A stretch of DNA of 64,000 bases from Rothia sp. (in: high G+C Gram-positive bacteria) (lineage in GTDB: Bacteria > Actinomycetota > Actinomycetes > Actinomycetales > Micrococcaceae), in NCBI RefSeq assembly GCF_015265375.1, contig NZ_JABZXW010000003.1, forward strand, positions 6,142 to 70,141, read 5' to 3'. The notes beneath the pieces were generated by a model, which was given only the letters and a program-made list of their open reading frames with translations, was not told where the DNA came from and searched no databases. Numbering within the stretch: position 1 is the stretch's first letter; each line of letters starts with the position of its first letter. The position numbers and the translations under genes are program-made. Shown here one piece after another: positions 28,114 through 38,321 of the stretch.

Positions 28114-29040
28114 GTGTCAATCTACGACATCCGACGCATGCAAATGCTCCTCGAAATCCAAGAACGCGGCACCGTCATCGCTGCCGCAGAAGCGCTCAGC
28201 CTCACCCCCTCCGCCGTCTCCCAGCAGATTGCCACCCTCGAAAAAGAAACCGGCACCCCGCTGTTGCAGCGCATCGGCAGGCGCGTACAGCTCACCAGCG
28301 CCGGACTCATCATCGTCGACAGCGCCCGCAGCATCCTGCGCGAACTCGACCGCATGCAAACCTCCGTCGCCAACCTCACCGGCGAACCCGCAGGCATGGT
28401 CCGCCTCGCAATCTTCCAGTCCGCGGCCTTCGCATTGCTACCGGAAACCCTCAGCTACCTTGCCGAACACGCACCCTCACTCACGCTGCAAGTACTGCAA
28501 ATCGACCCCGAAACCGGAACCTCACTCACCCGAAGCCGCGAATACGACATGGTGCTCTCCGAAGCCTACCCGCACCACCACATCCCCGAATACCCCGAAC
28601 TGCACTCCGAGCTGCTCACCGAAGACCCGCTCAGCCTCATCGTGCCCAGCACCTCCACCATCACCTCGATTGAGGAAGCGCACGCACTGCCCTGGGTTCT
28701 CGAAATGGAACAGAACACCTCCCGCAGCTGGGCGCTCAACCAGTGCCGCACCGCAGGATTCGAGCCGGTCATCCGCTATAGCGCCAATGACATGATTACG
28801 AACTCCAACCTCGTCAAAGCAGGATTCGCCGTCACCATCGTGCCCGGCTTCATCCTCTCCTCCCTCTCCACCACCGAGGGGCTACGCATCGTGGAGCTGC
28901 CCGGCAAGCCCTGCCGCAAAATCTTTACCGCCGTACGCCGAGAGTCCGCCGCCAACCCCGCCATCGCCATGGTGCGTGAAGCACTGCACCACGCGGTCAA
29001 GGTAGCATTCGGCGAACACGACAGGACCGAAACCGCATAG
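28114..29040 (+). CDS. LysR-family transcriptional regulator
   Basis: N-terminal HTH (RGTVIAAAEALSLTPSAVSQQIATLEKETGTPLLQR) plus a substrate-binding domain. Divergent from putA. Confidence 0.85.
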   Translation: MSIYDIRRMQMLLEIQERGTVIAAAEALSLTPSAVSQQIATLEKETGTPLLQRIGRRVQLTSAGLIIVDSARSILRELDRMQTSVANLTGEPAGMVRLAIFQSAAFALLPETLSYLAEHAPSLTLQVLQIDPETGTSLTRSREYDMVLSEAYPHHHIPEYPELHSELLTEDPLSLIVPSTSTITSIEEAHALPWVLEMEQNTSRSWALNQCRTAGFEPVIRYSANDMITNSNLVKAGFAVTIVPGFILSSLSTTEGLRIVELPGKPCRKIFTAVRRESAANPAIAMVREALHHAVKVAFGEHDRTETA

Positions 29041-29240
29041 GACATCTCAGCCGCCGCCCATGCCGGCACGCTAGAGAACACAAACACTAGAGAACGCAAA
29101 GGTCGGGGCCGTTCCCACGAACGACCCCGACCTTTCACCATACCTTTTTGAACAGGCGCCTATATATAGAGGTATAGAATCACACAACAGCGGAGCCGCT
29201 CCCCCGCCGCGCCCATCCCTCACAAGGACTAGGCCAACTG

Positions 29241-30059
29241 CTAGTTCAGTGAAGCAACCACAGCCGGGCTCTGCACCTCGTAGAACGAAGAGGACAAACC
29301 GGCTGCCGTCATATCCAGCACAGCGCTCACATGAACCTGCTTCAATGCAGAACCGGCAACACCCGAAGCCACCTGATAATTCAGCTGAACATCCAAGCGG
29401 TGACCGCGAGGAATAGCAGTGCGCAACTCCAGAACATTCTCGCTACCGGCACCAGCTTGACCGGTCTGTTCACTACGGCGCACCGCATCAAGATTCAGAG
29501 CATCCACAGGAGCCACCAGGGCCGAAGCACCCAGGTTACCCGAAGGCAGCACCGCCTGACCCGAGGCAACACGAAGAGTCACCGCAGGATTCAACAACAA
29601 ACCAGTCTTCGGGTCCTGCGCGCGAGCACGCACCATCAGGCGAGTACCCACCGGCAGCGTCGAATTGCCCTCATTAATAATGCTCAGGCGAGTCGGCAGA
29701 TTCCGGAAAGCAACAGTACGCGCCGGCTGACTCTGCAAAGACACAGCCTGCACACCAGAGACCGCCTTCAACTCCAGGCGGATGCACGACTCGTTATAAC
29801 GCATCGGAACCTGCACCAGCGCAGAACTCGCCGCGCCGCCGTTCTGTCCACCACTGTGCTGTCCACCACCGTGCTGACCGCGCTGTCCACCACGCTGTCC
29901 GCCAGGACGCTGGGTCACCGGGGTCACGCGAGCGCGCTTACCGCCCGAACGAGTTGCCGCCTCCGCAGCGCTCACGCCGCCAGCCACCAGGGCAGCCGAA
30001 GCCCCAGCAACCTTCAACGCGGTACGGCGAGAAGCATTCATCAGATTATTCTTAGTCAT
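29241..30059 (-). CDS. Secreted protein of unknown function with a twin-arginine (Tat) signal peptide
   Basis: N-terminus MTKNNLMNASRRTALKVAGASAALVAGGVSAAEAA. A Gly/Gln-rich linker follows. Codon usage is host-like and the gene lies 13 bp downstream of the upstream gene. Confidence 0.6.
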   Translation of the reverse strand: MTKNNLMNASRRTALKVAGASAALVAGGVSAAEAATRSGGKRARVTPVTQRPGGQRGGQRGQHGGGQHSGGQNGGAASSALVQVPMRYNESCIRLELKAVSGVQAVSLQSQPARTVAFRNLPTRLSIINEGNSTLPVGTRLMVRARAQDPKTGLLLNPAVTLRVASGQAVLPSGNLGASALVAPVDALNLDAVRRSEQTGQAGAGSENVLELRTAIPRGHRLDVQLNYQVASGVAGSALKQVHVSAVLDMTAAGLSSSFYEVQSPAVVASLN

Positions 30060-30071
30060 TTTCTACTCCCC

Positions 30072-31448
30072 TTATGCCTTCGCGATACGGTACACGCCGC
30101 TAATCGTGCCCTGCCACCAGGTGCCGTAACGGTCAATCGTGCCCACCATCTGCAGGGTGTCACCACCGCCAAGTAGCAGGCTCACGTGCTGAGGCAGACG
30201 CTGCTCGTGCATCGTCTTACCGGTTTCCATATCAATCGCAACAGCCCAGGCGTAGGCACCATTCGCCAAACCAGCCGGACCGCGGCGACGCTCACAGGTG
30301 TAAATCAGCCCGTCAGCGGTGGAATAGCGCGGAACGGCCGAAGAGTACACGTCCTTACGGTCCCAAATCTTACGCAGACCACGGTTGGTAATATCCCAAC
30401 GCTCCATACCGGGGGCAAAAAGCGCGTTCGCGGGAACCGACGGGCCGGCACCCTCAGGGTACTTCGGGTAGGGATAGCCGTAGGTGCTTGCACCCACCAT
30501 CGTGTTACCCACACCAATCATGGAGTTCTCGGTGCCAGAGGTGCCAGCGTTAAACAAGCCAGCGCTACCGACCTTCGCACCGTTATCGGTGCGGTACACA
30601 ATGACCGACTCCTGAACATCAGAGTTATCGGTCAGCATCACGTAATCGGAGCCGTTCGGGCCAAAGAACGTCGGGGAAGCACCGGAACCCCACGCGAGCT
30701 TACCCGGCTTACGGGCGCTACCGCGGTCATAGGCATGCCACCACTTAAGGGTGGGCGCACCTGTTGCGGTAGCGTTCAGCATATAAATAGCGTGGGAAGT
30801 CACCACGCTCACGCCCTGCGGGCACGCCGAAATCGAGTTATCGATACGCTCACCAGCAATCGACGCCTTATTCAGGCGCATCGAGCGAATCGTGCCGCGG
30901 GCAGAGTCAATCACCGCAATGTAGCCGTTCTTCGTCGCAACCCAAATGCGACCGGACCAGTCGGGCACCAGACCAACCACAGCGTCGTTGGCGCTCTGGG
31001 CGAGCATGCGGCTCAGGTCAATACGCTCATCAACCCGGATGCTGCGTCCGTCAGCAGAATGGGAGAGGCGCAGCAGACACTGGGAGCCATCCACCAGAAC
31101 CATACGGTCCTGCGCGTCAAGGTAAGCGTACACGCCACCGAGCAGTGCGCCCTTCGGAATGTCCAGGTACGAAAGTTCACGGCCGGTATGCGGATCAAGG
31201 ATGGAAAGCTTCGGGGTAATGAACTCGCCGTGGGCGAAGACCTGGGTACAGAGCACCTGAATGAAGCCGTCGCGTCCGGCGAGAATCGTCGGGCAAGCGC
31301 CGCCGAGCTTCGTACCGGTAATCTTCCAGTTACCGGCGCCGGGGCCGGCAAGAGGAGTAGCATCAGAGGACTGGGCATCACCGTGCATGGTGGTAATGCC
31401 GGGTGCGCCCAGGTGGGGATTCACCTGGGCGTTATAGGTGGGGGTCAT
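30072..31448 (-). CDS. Uncharacterised 458-aa protein, probable beta-propeller fold, no signal peptide
   Basis: Repeated Gly/Trp/Tyr-rich beta-strand-like segments (GRIWVATKNGYIAVID, GSDYVMLTDNSDVQ, DGLIYTCE, GTIDRYGTWWQGT). No family motif recognised. Confidence 0.5.
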   Translation of the reverse strand: MTPTYNAQVNPHLGAPGITTMHGDAQSSDATPLAGPGAGNWKITGTKLGGACPTILAGRDGFIQVLCTQVFAHGEFITPKLSILDPHTGRELSYLDIPKGALLGGVYAYLDAQDRMVLVDGSQCLLRLSHSADGRSIRVDERIDLSRMLAQSANDAVVGLVPDWSGRIWVATKNGYIAVIDSARGTIRSMRLNKASIAGERIDNSISACPQGVSVVTSHAIYMLNATATGAPTLKWWHAYDRGSARKPGKLAWGSGASPTFFGPNGSDYVMLTDNSDVQESVIVYRTDNGAKVGSAGLFNAGTSGTENSMIGVGNTMVGASTYGYPYPKYPEGAGPSVPANALFAPGMERWDITNRGLRKIWDRKDVYSSAVPRYSTADGLIYTCERRRGPAGLANGAYAWAVAIDMETGKTMHEQRLPQHVSLLLGGGDTLQMVGTIDRYGTWWQGTISGVYRIAKA

Positions 31449-31700
31449 GGTTGGTTCTTTCTAACGGTGAGTGGCGCACACCTTCAATGGAGTGCACAAA
31501 TATGCGCTTTCACGTGCGCAAACGTTTCACATTGTAGGGTCAGAAAGCAGTTTTTGACGACACTAAAGGGCACCTTGAAACATTGTTCAGGCGACGCTTG
31601 AGAGCTTCACCAGGAAAACTCTCAGCACTACCCTTTCAGATTCAAGGTGCCCCTTTAACCCATCACCACAGGCTCTCGCACTCGTGGCGATAATTTATAG

Positions 31701-32648
31701 CTATTTCTCCATGAGCGCCTTCGCCAGCGCATCATCAAGAACCAAGTCAGTAATCGCACCGGTACGCAACGCACCGCGCAGAGCACGCACACGGTGAGTG
31801 CCGGAGGCAACACAAATACGGCGCGGAATACGAGCCAGCTCCTTCGGAGTCGGACCGGACGCACGCTTATTCAACTCAAGATCAGCCCAGGAACCATCCT
31901 CACGCAGAAGAATCGTACACATATCCCCCACAACACCCAGCTCACGCAACTGACGCTGCTCCTGCACCTCAAAATAGCCACCCGAATACACGTGAGAAGG
32001 AATAGGTCCACCAAAAGCACCCACACCAAAAATAGCGAGGTCAACATTGCGCTGGGCATGCAGGTTCTTCTGAACGCTACGCTCACGCCACATGGCGGTC
32101 TTCGTGTCCGCGTAGTCAAAGAACGCAGGAACCGGGAAGTGAATCGCCTGCGCATCATAGGCATTCACCAACTGCCCCAGCAAGGAGCCCAGGTACGGAA
32201 TACCCGAATGGTGCGCGTTACCGGCACCATTCATCTGCACCACAGTCACGCCCTTCAGTGGGCGGCGCGGCAGATGACGAGAAATCTCAGTCATGGTTGA
32301 ACCCCACGCCACACCCAGGCTCGTTCCATTATCAATCAGGGAATCAAGTAGAGCCGCCGCAGTACGGGACACCTGGCTCATGCGGGCGATGGGGGTGGCG
32401 TCCGAACGGACATTCACGAGAGTAACGCGCACTTTATAGCGCTCGCCGATGCGGCGCTCAAGCTCGCTGCGGGCACGGAAGGAATCATCTAGACGGATCT
32501 GCACCATGCCGCTCTCACGAGCACTTTTAAGCAGACGCGACACAGTGGCTCGAGAAACCCCCAGACGAGCCGCGATAGCGTCCATCGTCATGTTGTGGAT
32601 GTAGTACAGCTGCGCCGCCTCATAAGTGTGGTTAGCGCGTTCGTTCAT
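31701..32648 (-). CDS. SorC/DeoR-family sugar-binding transcriptional regulator (glycerol-operon regulator candidate)
   Basis: N-terminal HTH MDAIAARLGVSRATVSRLLK plus a CggR/SorC-like sugar-binding domain. Divergent from glpD. Confidence 0.75.
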   Translation of the reverse strand: MNERANHTYEAAQLYYIHNMTMDAIAARLGVSRATVSRLLKSARESGMVQIRLDDSFRARSELERRIGERYKVRVTLVNVRSDATPIARMSQVSRTAAALLDSLIDNGTSLGVAWGSTMTEISRHLPRRPLKGVTVVQMNGAGNAHHSGIPYLGSLLGQLVNAYDAQAIHFPVPAFFDYADTKTAMWRERSVQKNLHAQRNVDLAIFGVGAFGGPIPSHVYSGGYFEVQEQRQLRELGVVGDMCTILLREDGSWADLELNKRASGPTPKELARIPRRICVASGTHRVRALRGALRTGAITDLVLDDALAKALMEK

Positions 32649-32770
32649 CGACCCCAGACCCCCAGTGAAAATCCGTTCAAGCTACTTGGTTATTATTTCA
32701 CCATTGTGTTTTACTATTTGCAAGATGAAACCCCACGCCGCGCACGCGGCACGACAAGAAAGAGCACTAC

Positions 32771-34516
32771 ATGAGCTCCCAGCACATTGCACAGCAGTCC
32801 CAGCTGACCGCTGAGTCCCGCGCCAAGGCACTCAAGAGCATGGTCAACGAAGAACTCGACATCCTGGTCGTCGGCGGCGGCATTACCGGTGCAGGTATTG
32901 CCCTCGACGCAGCAACCCGCGGTCTGCGCACCGGTATCGTCGAAGCAGGTGACTGGGCTGCAGGCACCAGTGCATGGTCCTCCAAGCTCGTTCACGGCGG
33001 CCTACGCTACCTCTACAACCTCGACTTCAAGCTCGTGACCGAAGCTCTCACCGAGCGCGGCCTGCTGCTGAACAAGATTGCACCCCACCTCGTGCACGCA
33101 CAGCCCTTCCTGTGGCCCCTGAAGATGCCCGTCATCGAGCGCGCATACTCCGCAATCGGCATCGGCATGTACGACACCCTGGCATTCCTCGGCTCCCGCG
33201 GCAACAAGGGCGTCCCCTCCCAGCGTCACTTCACCAAGGCCGGCACCAAGACCGTCTTCCCCGACATCAAGGACTCCGCATTCAGCGGCGCAATCCAGTT
33301 CTACGACGCACGCGTTGACGACGCACGCCTCGTCATCGACGTCGTCCGCACCGCAGCAGGCTACGGCGCACTGGCTGCATCCCGCACCCAGGTTGTCGGC
33401 TTCACCAAGGACGCATCCGGCCGCGTCATCGGCGCAGAGCTGGCAGACCTGGAGACCGGCGAGCGCCTGAACGTGCGCGCAAAGCACGTCATCAACGCAA
33501 CCGGCGTGTGGACCGAAGAGTCCGAGTCCCTCGCTAACCCCGAAGGTGGCCTGGAGGTTCTGGCATCCAAGGGTATTCACATCGTGGTTCCCCGCGACCG
33601 CATCAACGCAACCAGCGGTATCTTCACCAAGACTGAGAAGTCCGTTCTCTTCATCATCCCCTGGCAGCGTTACTGGATCATCGGCACCACCGACACCCCC
33701 TACTCCGAGGACCGCGAGCGCCCCGTCGCAACCAGCAAGGACATCGACTACGTCCTGATGCAGGCCAACAAGCTGATCGCTAACCCGCTGACCCGCGAGG
33801 ACATCATCGGCACCTACACCGGTCTGCGCCCGCTGCTGCAGCCCAAGGTCAAGGACGGCGCAGCATCCACCAAGGTTTCCCGCGAGCACACCGTGACCGA
33901 GGTTGCACCCGGCATGAGCGCAATCGCAGGCGGCAAGCTCACCACCTACCGTGTGATGGCAGCCGACGCTGTCGACTTCGCACTGGGCGAGCAGGCTAAG
34001 CAGAGCCCCTCCGTGACCGCAAACATCGGCCTGGTCGGCGCAGACGGCTACCACGCAATCGCTGCTAACCGTGCACGCTACGCCGAGCGTTACGGCTGGG
34101 ATGAGGACCGTATCACCCACCTGCTCGAGCGTTACGGCGCGCAGATTGAGGACCTCGGCGCTCTCATCGACGCTGACCCCTCCCTCGGTGCTCCCCTGGC
34201 TAAGGCACCCCAGTTCCTGCGTGCAGATGTCGTCTTCGCTGTCCGCTACGAAGGTGCCCTGCACCTGGAGGATGTACTGGTCCGCCGCGTACGCCTCGAC
34301 CTCGAGCAGCGCGACCGCGGCCTGGCAGCAGCAGACGAGATCCTCGACATCATGCGTGCCGAGCTCGGCTGGGACGATAAGAAGGTCAAGGAGGAACTCG
34401 ACCTCTACGCAGCACGCGTTGCAGCAATGCGCGAGGCAGAGTCCACCTCCACCGACGCTGAGGCATCGGCAAAGATTGAGGCTGTCACCCCCGTGGCACC
34501 TCGTGTGAAGCTCTAA
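32771..34516 (+). CDS. glpD: FAD-dependent glycerol-3-phosphate dehydrogenase
   Basis: DILVVGGGITGAGIALDAATRG FAD-binding fold; followed by glpF and glpK. Confidence 0.9.
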   Translation: MSSQHIAQQSQLTAESRAKALKSMVNEELDILVVGGGITGAGIALDAATRGLRTGIVEAGDWAAGTSAWSSKLVHGGLRYLYNLDFKLVTEALTERGLLLNKIAPHLVHAQPFLWPLKMPVIERAYSAIGIGMYDTLAFLGSRGNKGVPSQRHFTKAGTKTVFPDIKDSAFSGAIQFYDARVDDARLVIDVVRTAAGYGALAASRTQVVGFTKDASGRVIGAELADLETGERLNVRAKHVINATGVWTEESESLANPEGGLEVLASKGIHIVVPRDRINATSGIFTKTEKSVLFIIPWQRYWIIGTTDTPYSEDRERPVATSKDIDYVLMQANKLIANPLTREDIIGTYTGLRPLLQPKVKDGAASTKVSREHTVTEVAPGMSAIAGGKLTTYRVMAADAVDFALGEQAKQSPSVTANIGLVGADGYHAIAANRARYAERYGWDEDRITHLLERYGAQIEDLGALIDADPSLGAPLAKAPQFLRADVVFAVRYEGALHLEDVLVRRVRLDLEQRDRGLAAADEILDIMRAELGWDDKKVKEELDLYAARVAAMREAESTSTDAEASAKIEAVTPVAPRVKL

Positions 34517-34622
34517 TCTTTAGAGATTCCACGCACCTTTCGTATCCGTTTATTCAGCACGAACCAACCGCTCACCCCTCATCTGTCATGAGTTATCTCA
34601 CATTTTGGTGAGGGGTGGACGG

Positions 34623-34638
34623 ACGGTTAAATAACCGT
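34623..34638. promoter_or_regulatory. Perfect 16-bp palindrome ACGGTTAAATAACCGT between glpD and glpF
   Basis: Read directly from the sequence. A 10-bp imperfect hairpin TCACCCCTCA...TGAGGGGTG lies at 34574-34618. Confidence 0.4.
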
Positions 34639-34859
34639 TTACGATATTCCCCTAGCTAAGAAGCAGCGAGTTAAATACGGGGTTAGCCCACTGGTACGAT
34701 CTGCTTCTCAATCAGACATTCAACCAACAATTTTCGTAGCAACCGCTACACATTTCAGCACAGCGTTGTGCCCCGATCCGCCCGTGCGGTGAGGACGCAC
34801 GGGAATGCGCGAGCAAAGGTTCGCTTGCCTTCCAGACGCTTCGTCTTCAAGGAGCATCA

Positions 34860-35657
34860 ATGTCTCTTCTTGTTTCCGCAGGAACTGTACTTGCAGCCGG
34901 CTCTTCCGCTCTCGTGGATGCATCCGGTGCCCCCACCACTCTTGGTTTTGTACTTTCCGAGTTCTTCGGTACCTTCATCATGATTCTGCTCGGTGCCGGC
35001 GTATGCGCCGCAGTGACCCTCAAGAAGTCCTACGCTAAGGACGCAGGCTGGGGTGTTATCACCTTCGGTTGGGGTCTGGCAGTGTTCACCGCCGTGTACT
35101 TCTCCTTCCATTCCGGTGCGCACATGAACCCCGCTGTGACCGTTGGCCTGGCAACCGCAGGCAAGGACCTGGCAACCGGCGTTCCCGCAACCCCCGGCAA
35201 CATTGCCCTGTACATCGTCGCTCAGATGCTCGGCGCAATGGCCGGCGCAACCGGAGCGTACCTCACCTACAAGAAGCACTTCGATGAGGACCCGGGCGAC
35301 CGCCTCGGCATCTTCTCCACCGGCCCCGCCATCAAGTCCTACGGCTGGAACTTGCTCACCGAGATTATCGGCACCTTCGTCCTGATTGGCTGGATCATCG
35401 CATCCGGTAAGACCCCCAGCGAGCTCGGCCCCCTGGCTGTTGCCCTGGTCGTTGTATCCATCAGTATGAACCTCGGTGGCGCAACCGGTTCCGCTATCAA
35501 CCCCGCACGTGACCTCGGCCCCCGTATCGCCTACACCTTCCTGCCCATCCCCGGTAAGACCGGCTCCAACTGGTCTTACGCATGGGTTCCGGTTGTTGGC
35601 CCAATCATCGGCGCTATCCTCGCAGGCCTGATCGTTCCGGCAGTTCTGCCCCTCTAA
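34860..35657 (+). CDS. glpF: Glycerol uptake facilitator (aquaporin/MIP family)
   Basis: Two NPA-type motifs (NPAVT and NPARD). Six TM helices. Confidence 0.9.
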   Translation: MSLLVSAGTVLAAGSSALVDASGAPTTLGFVLSEFFGTFIMILLGAGVCAAVTLKKSYAKDAGWGVITFGWGLAVFTAVYFSFHSGAHMNPAVTVGLATAGKDLATGVPATPGNIALYIVAQMLGAMAGATGAYLTYKKHFDEDPGDRLGIFSTGPAIKSYGWNLLTEIIGTFVLIGWIIASGKTPSELGPLAVALVVVSISMNLGGATGSAINPARDLGPRIAYTFLPIPGKTGSNWSYAWVPVVGPIIGAILAGLIVPAVLPL

Positions 35658-35699
35658 ACCTCTCTAATACCCCCGTTCTTTTGTTCTAAGGAAAAATCA

Positions 35700-37256
35700 A
35701 TGACGACTTCTCTGCACTCCGCAACCCTCAACGTCGAACGCAAGTACATCCTCTCCATCGACCAGGGCACCACCAGCTCCCGCGCGATCCTGTTCAACAA
35801 GGCGGGCGAGAACGTGGCTCAGGGCCAGCTCGAGCACGAGCAGATCTTCCCCAAGGCCGGCTGGGTCGAGCACAACGCAACCGAGATTTGGCAGAACGTC
35901 CGTAAGGTCGTAGCAATGGCTATGGCAAACGGCGAAGTCAACCACCACGAAATCGCTGCAGTCGGCATCACCAACCAGCGTGAAACCACCGTCGTGTGGG
36001 ACAAGAACACCGGCGAGCCCGTCTACAACGCAATCGTCTGGCAGGACACCCGCACCCAGGAAATCGTTGAAGAACTCGCAGGCGAAGAGGGCGTTGGTAA
36101 GTACCACGACATCGTTGGCCTGAACCTCTCCACCTACTTCTCCGGTCCCAAGATCAAGTGGATCCTGGACAACGTTGAAGGCGCACGCGAGCGCGCAGAG
36201 CGCGGCGACCTGCTCTTCGGCAACACCGACACCTGGCTGGTCTGGAACCTGACCGGTGGTGTTGACGGCGGCGTTCACGTCACCGACGTAACCAACGCAT
36301 CCCGTACCCTGCTGATGGACATCCGCACCCTCGAATGGGATCCGCAGATTGCTGCAGACATGGGCATCCCCATGAGCATGCTGCCCGAAATCAAGTCCTC
36401 CTCCGAGGTGTACGGCTTCGGCCGCGCGACCGGTCTACTCAGAGGCACCCCCATCGCGGGTATCCTGGGCGACCAGCAGGCTGCAACCTTCGGTCAGGCT
36501 TGCTTCGAGAAGGGCATGGCGAAGAACACCTACGGTACCGGTAACTTCATGCTCATGAACACCGGCAACGAGCCCGTCTTCTCCAACAACGGTCTGCTGA
36601 CCACCGTCGCATACAAGATTGGCGATGCAGCACCCGTCTACGCTCTGGAAGGCTCGGTCGCAATGAGCGGCTCCCTGATCCAGTGGCTGCGCGACAACCT
36701 GCGCATGATTGAGCACGCTGCAGAGTCTGAGGAACTGGCTACCTCCGTCAAGGACTCCGGCGGCTGCTACGTTGTTCCCGCATTCTCCGGCCTGTTCGCA
36801 CCTCACTGGCGTTCCGACGCTCGCGGCGTGATCGTTGGTCTGACCCGCTACGTGAACCGCGCACACATTGTGCGTGCGGCACTGGAAGCAACTGCATTCC
36901 AGACCCGCGAGGTTCTCGACGCAATGAACGCTGACTCCGGTGTTGAGCTCTCCGAACTGCGCGTGGACGGCGGCATGACCGCTAACGAGTTCCTCATGCA
37001 GTTCCAGGCTGACATCCTCGGCGTTCCCGTGATCCGCCCGAAGGTTGTTGAGACCACCGCTCTGGGCGCAGCATACGCTGCAGGTATCGCTGTTGGTTTC
37101 TGGAGCGGCAAGCAGGACGTTGTGGACAACTGGGCTGAGGACAAGCGCTGGCTGCCCTCCATGGAGCCCGCAGAGGTTGACCGCCAGTACCGCCTGTGGA
37201 AGAAGGCTGTCTCCCGCACCCTCGAGTGGGTTGACGAGGACGTTCCGACCGCCTAA
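35700..37256 (+). CDS. glpK: Glycerol kinase
   Basis: 518 aa with the FGGY kinase N-terminus ([17 protein letters not shown]) and the GTGNFML motif. Confidence 0.95.
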   Translation: MTTSLHSATLNVERKYILSIDQGTTSSRAILFNKAGENVAQGQLEHEQIFPKAGWVEHNATEIWQNVRKVVAMAMANGEVNHHEIAAVGITNQRETTVVWDKNTGEPVYNAIVWQDTRTQEIVEELAGEEGVGKYHDIVGLNLSTYFSGPKIKWILDNVEGARERAERGDLLFGNTDTWLVWNLTGGVDGGVHVTDVTNASRTLLMDIRTLEWDPQIAADMGIPMSMLPEIKSSSEVYGFGRATGLLRGTPIAGILGDQQAATFGQACFEKGMAKNTYGTGNFMLMNTGNEPVFSNNGLLTTVAYKIGDAAPVYALEGSVAMSGSLIQWLRDNLRMIEHAAESEELATSVKDSGGCYVVPAFSGLFAPHWRSDARGVIVGLTRYVNRAHIVRAALEATAFQTREVLDAMNADSGVELSELRVDGGMTANEFLMQFQADILGVPVIRPKVVETTALGAAYAAGIAVGFWSGKQDVVDNWAEDKRWLPSMEPAEVDRQYRLWKKAVSRTLEWVDEDVPTA

Positions 37257-37296
37257 TCGCAGCACCCGTTGCCTGACGGCACGGCCCGCGTACTAG

Positions 37297-37352
37297 CGAA
37301 GCCCCGGTTGCTTCTCCCCCGCTATGGGGTTGAAGCAGCCGGGGCTTTTCGC
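37297..37352 (+). terminator. Intrinsic terminator after glpK (19-bp imperfect stem plus TTTTCGCTGTTTT)
   Basis: GCGAAGCCCCGGTTGCTTC / GAAGCAGCCGGGGCTTTTCGC read directly from the sequence. Confidence 0.7.
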
Positions 37353-37836
37353 TGTTTTATGACGCTCAATTCAGCGTTTATTGCGGCGTAATTTCTACAA
37401 AAATTAGTGCTGGGGTACCGTTGGTTTTTGTAAATTTGGTATCTTCCGCCGGTCACCTGGCGCGGTGTTGTTCGTGAGGTGTCAGTACCGCACAGGACGC
37501 GTACGCGACATATTCATGCGCTGTCCTGATAGGAGTCGACGGTTCGCGCTGATACTTTATTTACGCTCCCGTCCGCCGTGGTGCTTCATGTACCGCGGCG
37601 GACGGACTTTTATCTCTTGTTACTGGGTTCTCTGCATTAACGATGAGTGGGGTTCGCTTTTCATATTGCAGATCTCGCTGTAAAAATCACTGGTTTTACG
37701 CCCCTTGTTGAGATACCCGTTCACTTGTTGTGTGGGGTTGGTCTAACAGCGTTTGTTTGCCTTTGATGTCCACTTCAAGCGCCGTATCATAGGTATATAG
37801 GCTTCTTGATTCTATTCTGGTCGCCGAAGATGGCGG

Positions 37837-38229
37837 TTGGTTACGTATCTGGCACCTTCCGGTGCTCATGAGAACGGAGAGAGGCTCCGTTGGAAGGAGG
37901 GAGCGGGTTTCCCCGCACCGATTATGGTTGATGTCCGTCGCCGTAAGCTTGCAATTATTGCTATGAACGTTTCGGTTCTTGCAGCTGCTCTCTCCTGGTT
38001 GTTGGTGCTCTTCTCTGCCCTGTACTCTGCCACCGCTGTGCCGTGGGCTCTGGGTGTTGCTATCGTGCTGACTGTGATTGGTGCCTACGCGCTGTACCGC
38101 TACTACTCCAAGTACTCGCATGTGCTCCCGAACGAGGACCCGGATGCGCACGATGTGCTTGGCCACGACCTGCACTCGACTCACCTGCCGCATCTGCACC
38201 ACACGGAGCGTACTTCTGATGGAGCGTAA
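37837..38229 (+). CDS. Small membrane protein (two TM helices), function unknown
   Basis: TM segments LAIIAMNVSVLAAALSWLLVLF and WALGVAIVLTVIGAYAL. The start may be the internal MVDV at 37924. Confidence 0.4.
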   Translation: MVTYLAPSGAHENGERLRWKEGAGFPAPIMVDVRRRKLAIIAMNVSVLAAALSWLLVLFSALYSATAVPWALGVAIVLTVIGAYALYRYYSKYSHVLPNEDPDAHDVLGHDLHSTHLPHLHHTERTSDGA

Positions 38230-38321
38230 TTCTGACATGGCAGCCGCTAAGTAGCGAGCTCTTCATCCCCTAGACAGCGAATGTGCCGCCTCACCAATAC
38301 CGGTGAGGCGGCACATTTACT

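Noticed and set aside
29331-31601. Plus-strand ORFs 29331..30176 and 30186..31601, as alternatives to the minus-strand hypothetical genes
   Set aside because: The translations are Arg/His/Thr-rich with no structure. The minus-strand frames have a bona fide Tat signal peptide, host-like codon usage (CTG/GTG/GGT/CGT) and a tight 13-bp operon spacing.
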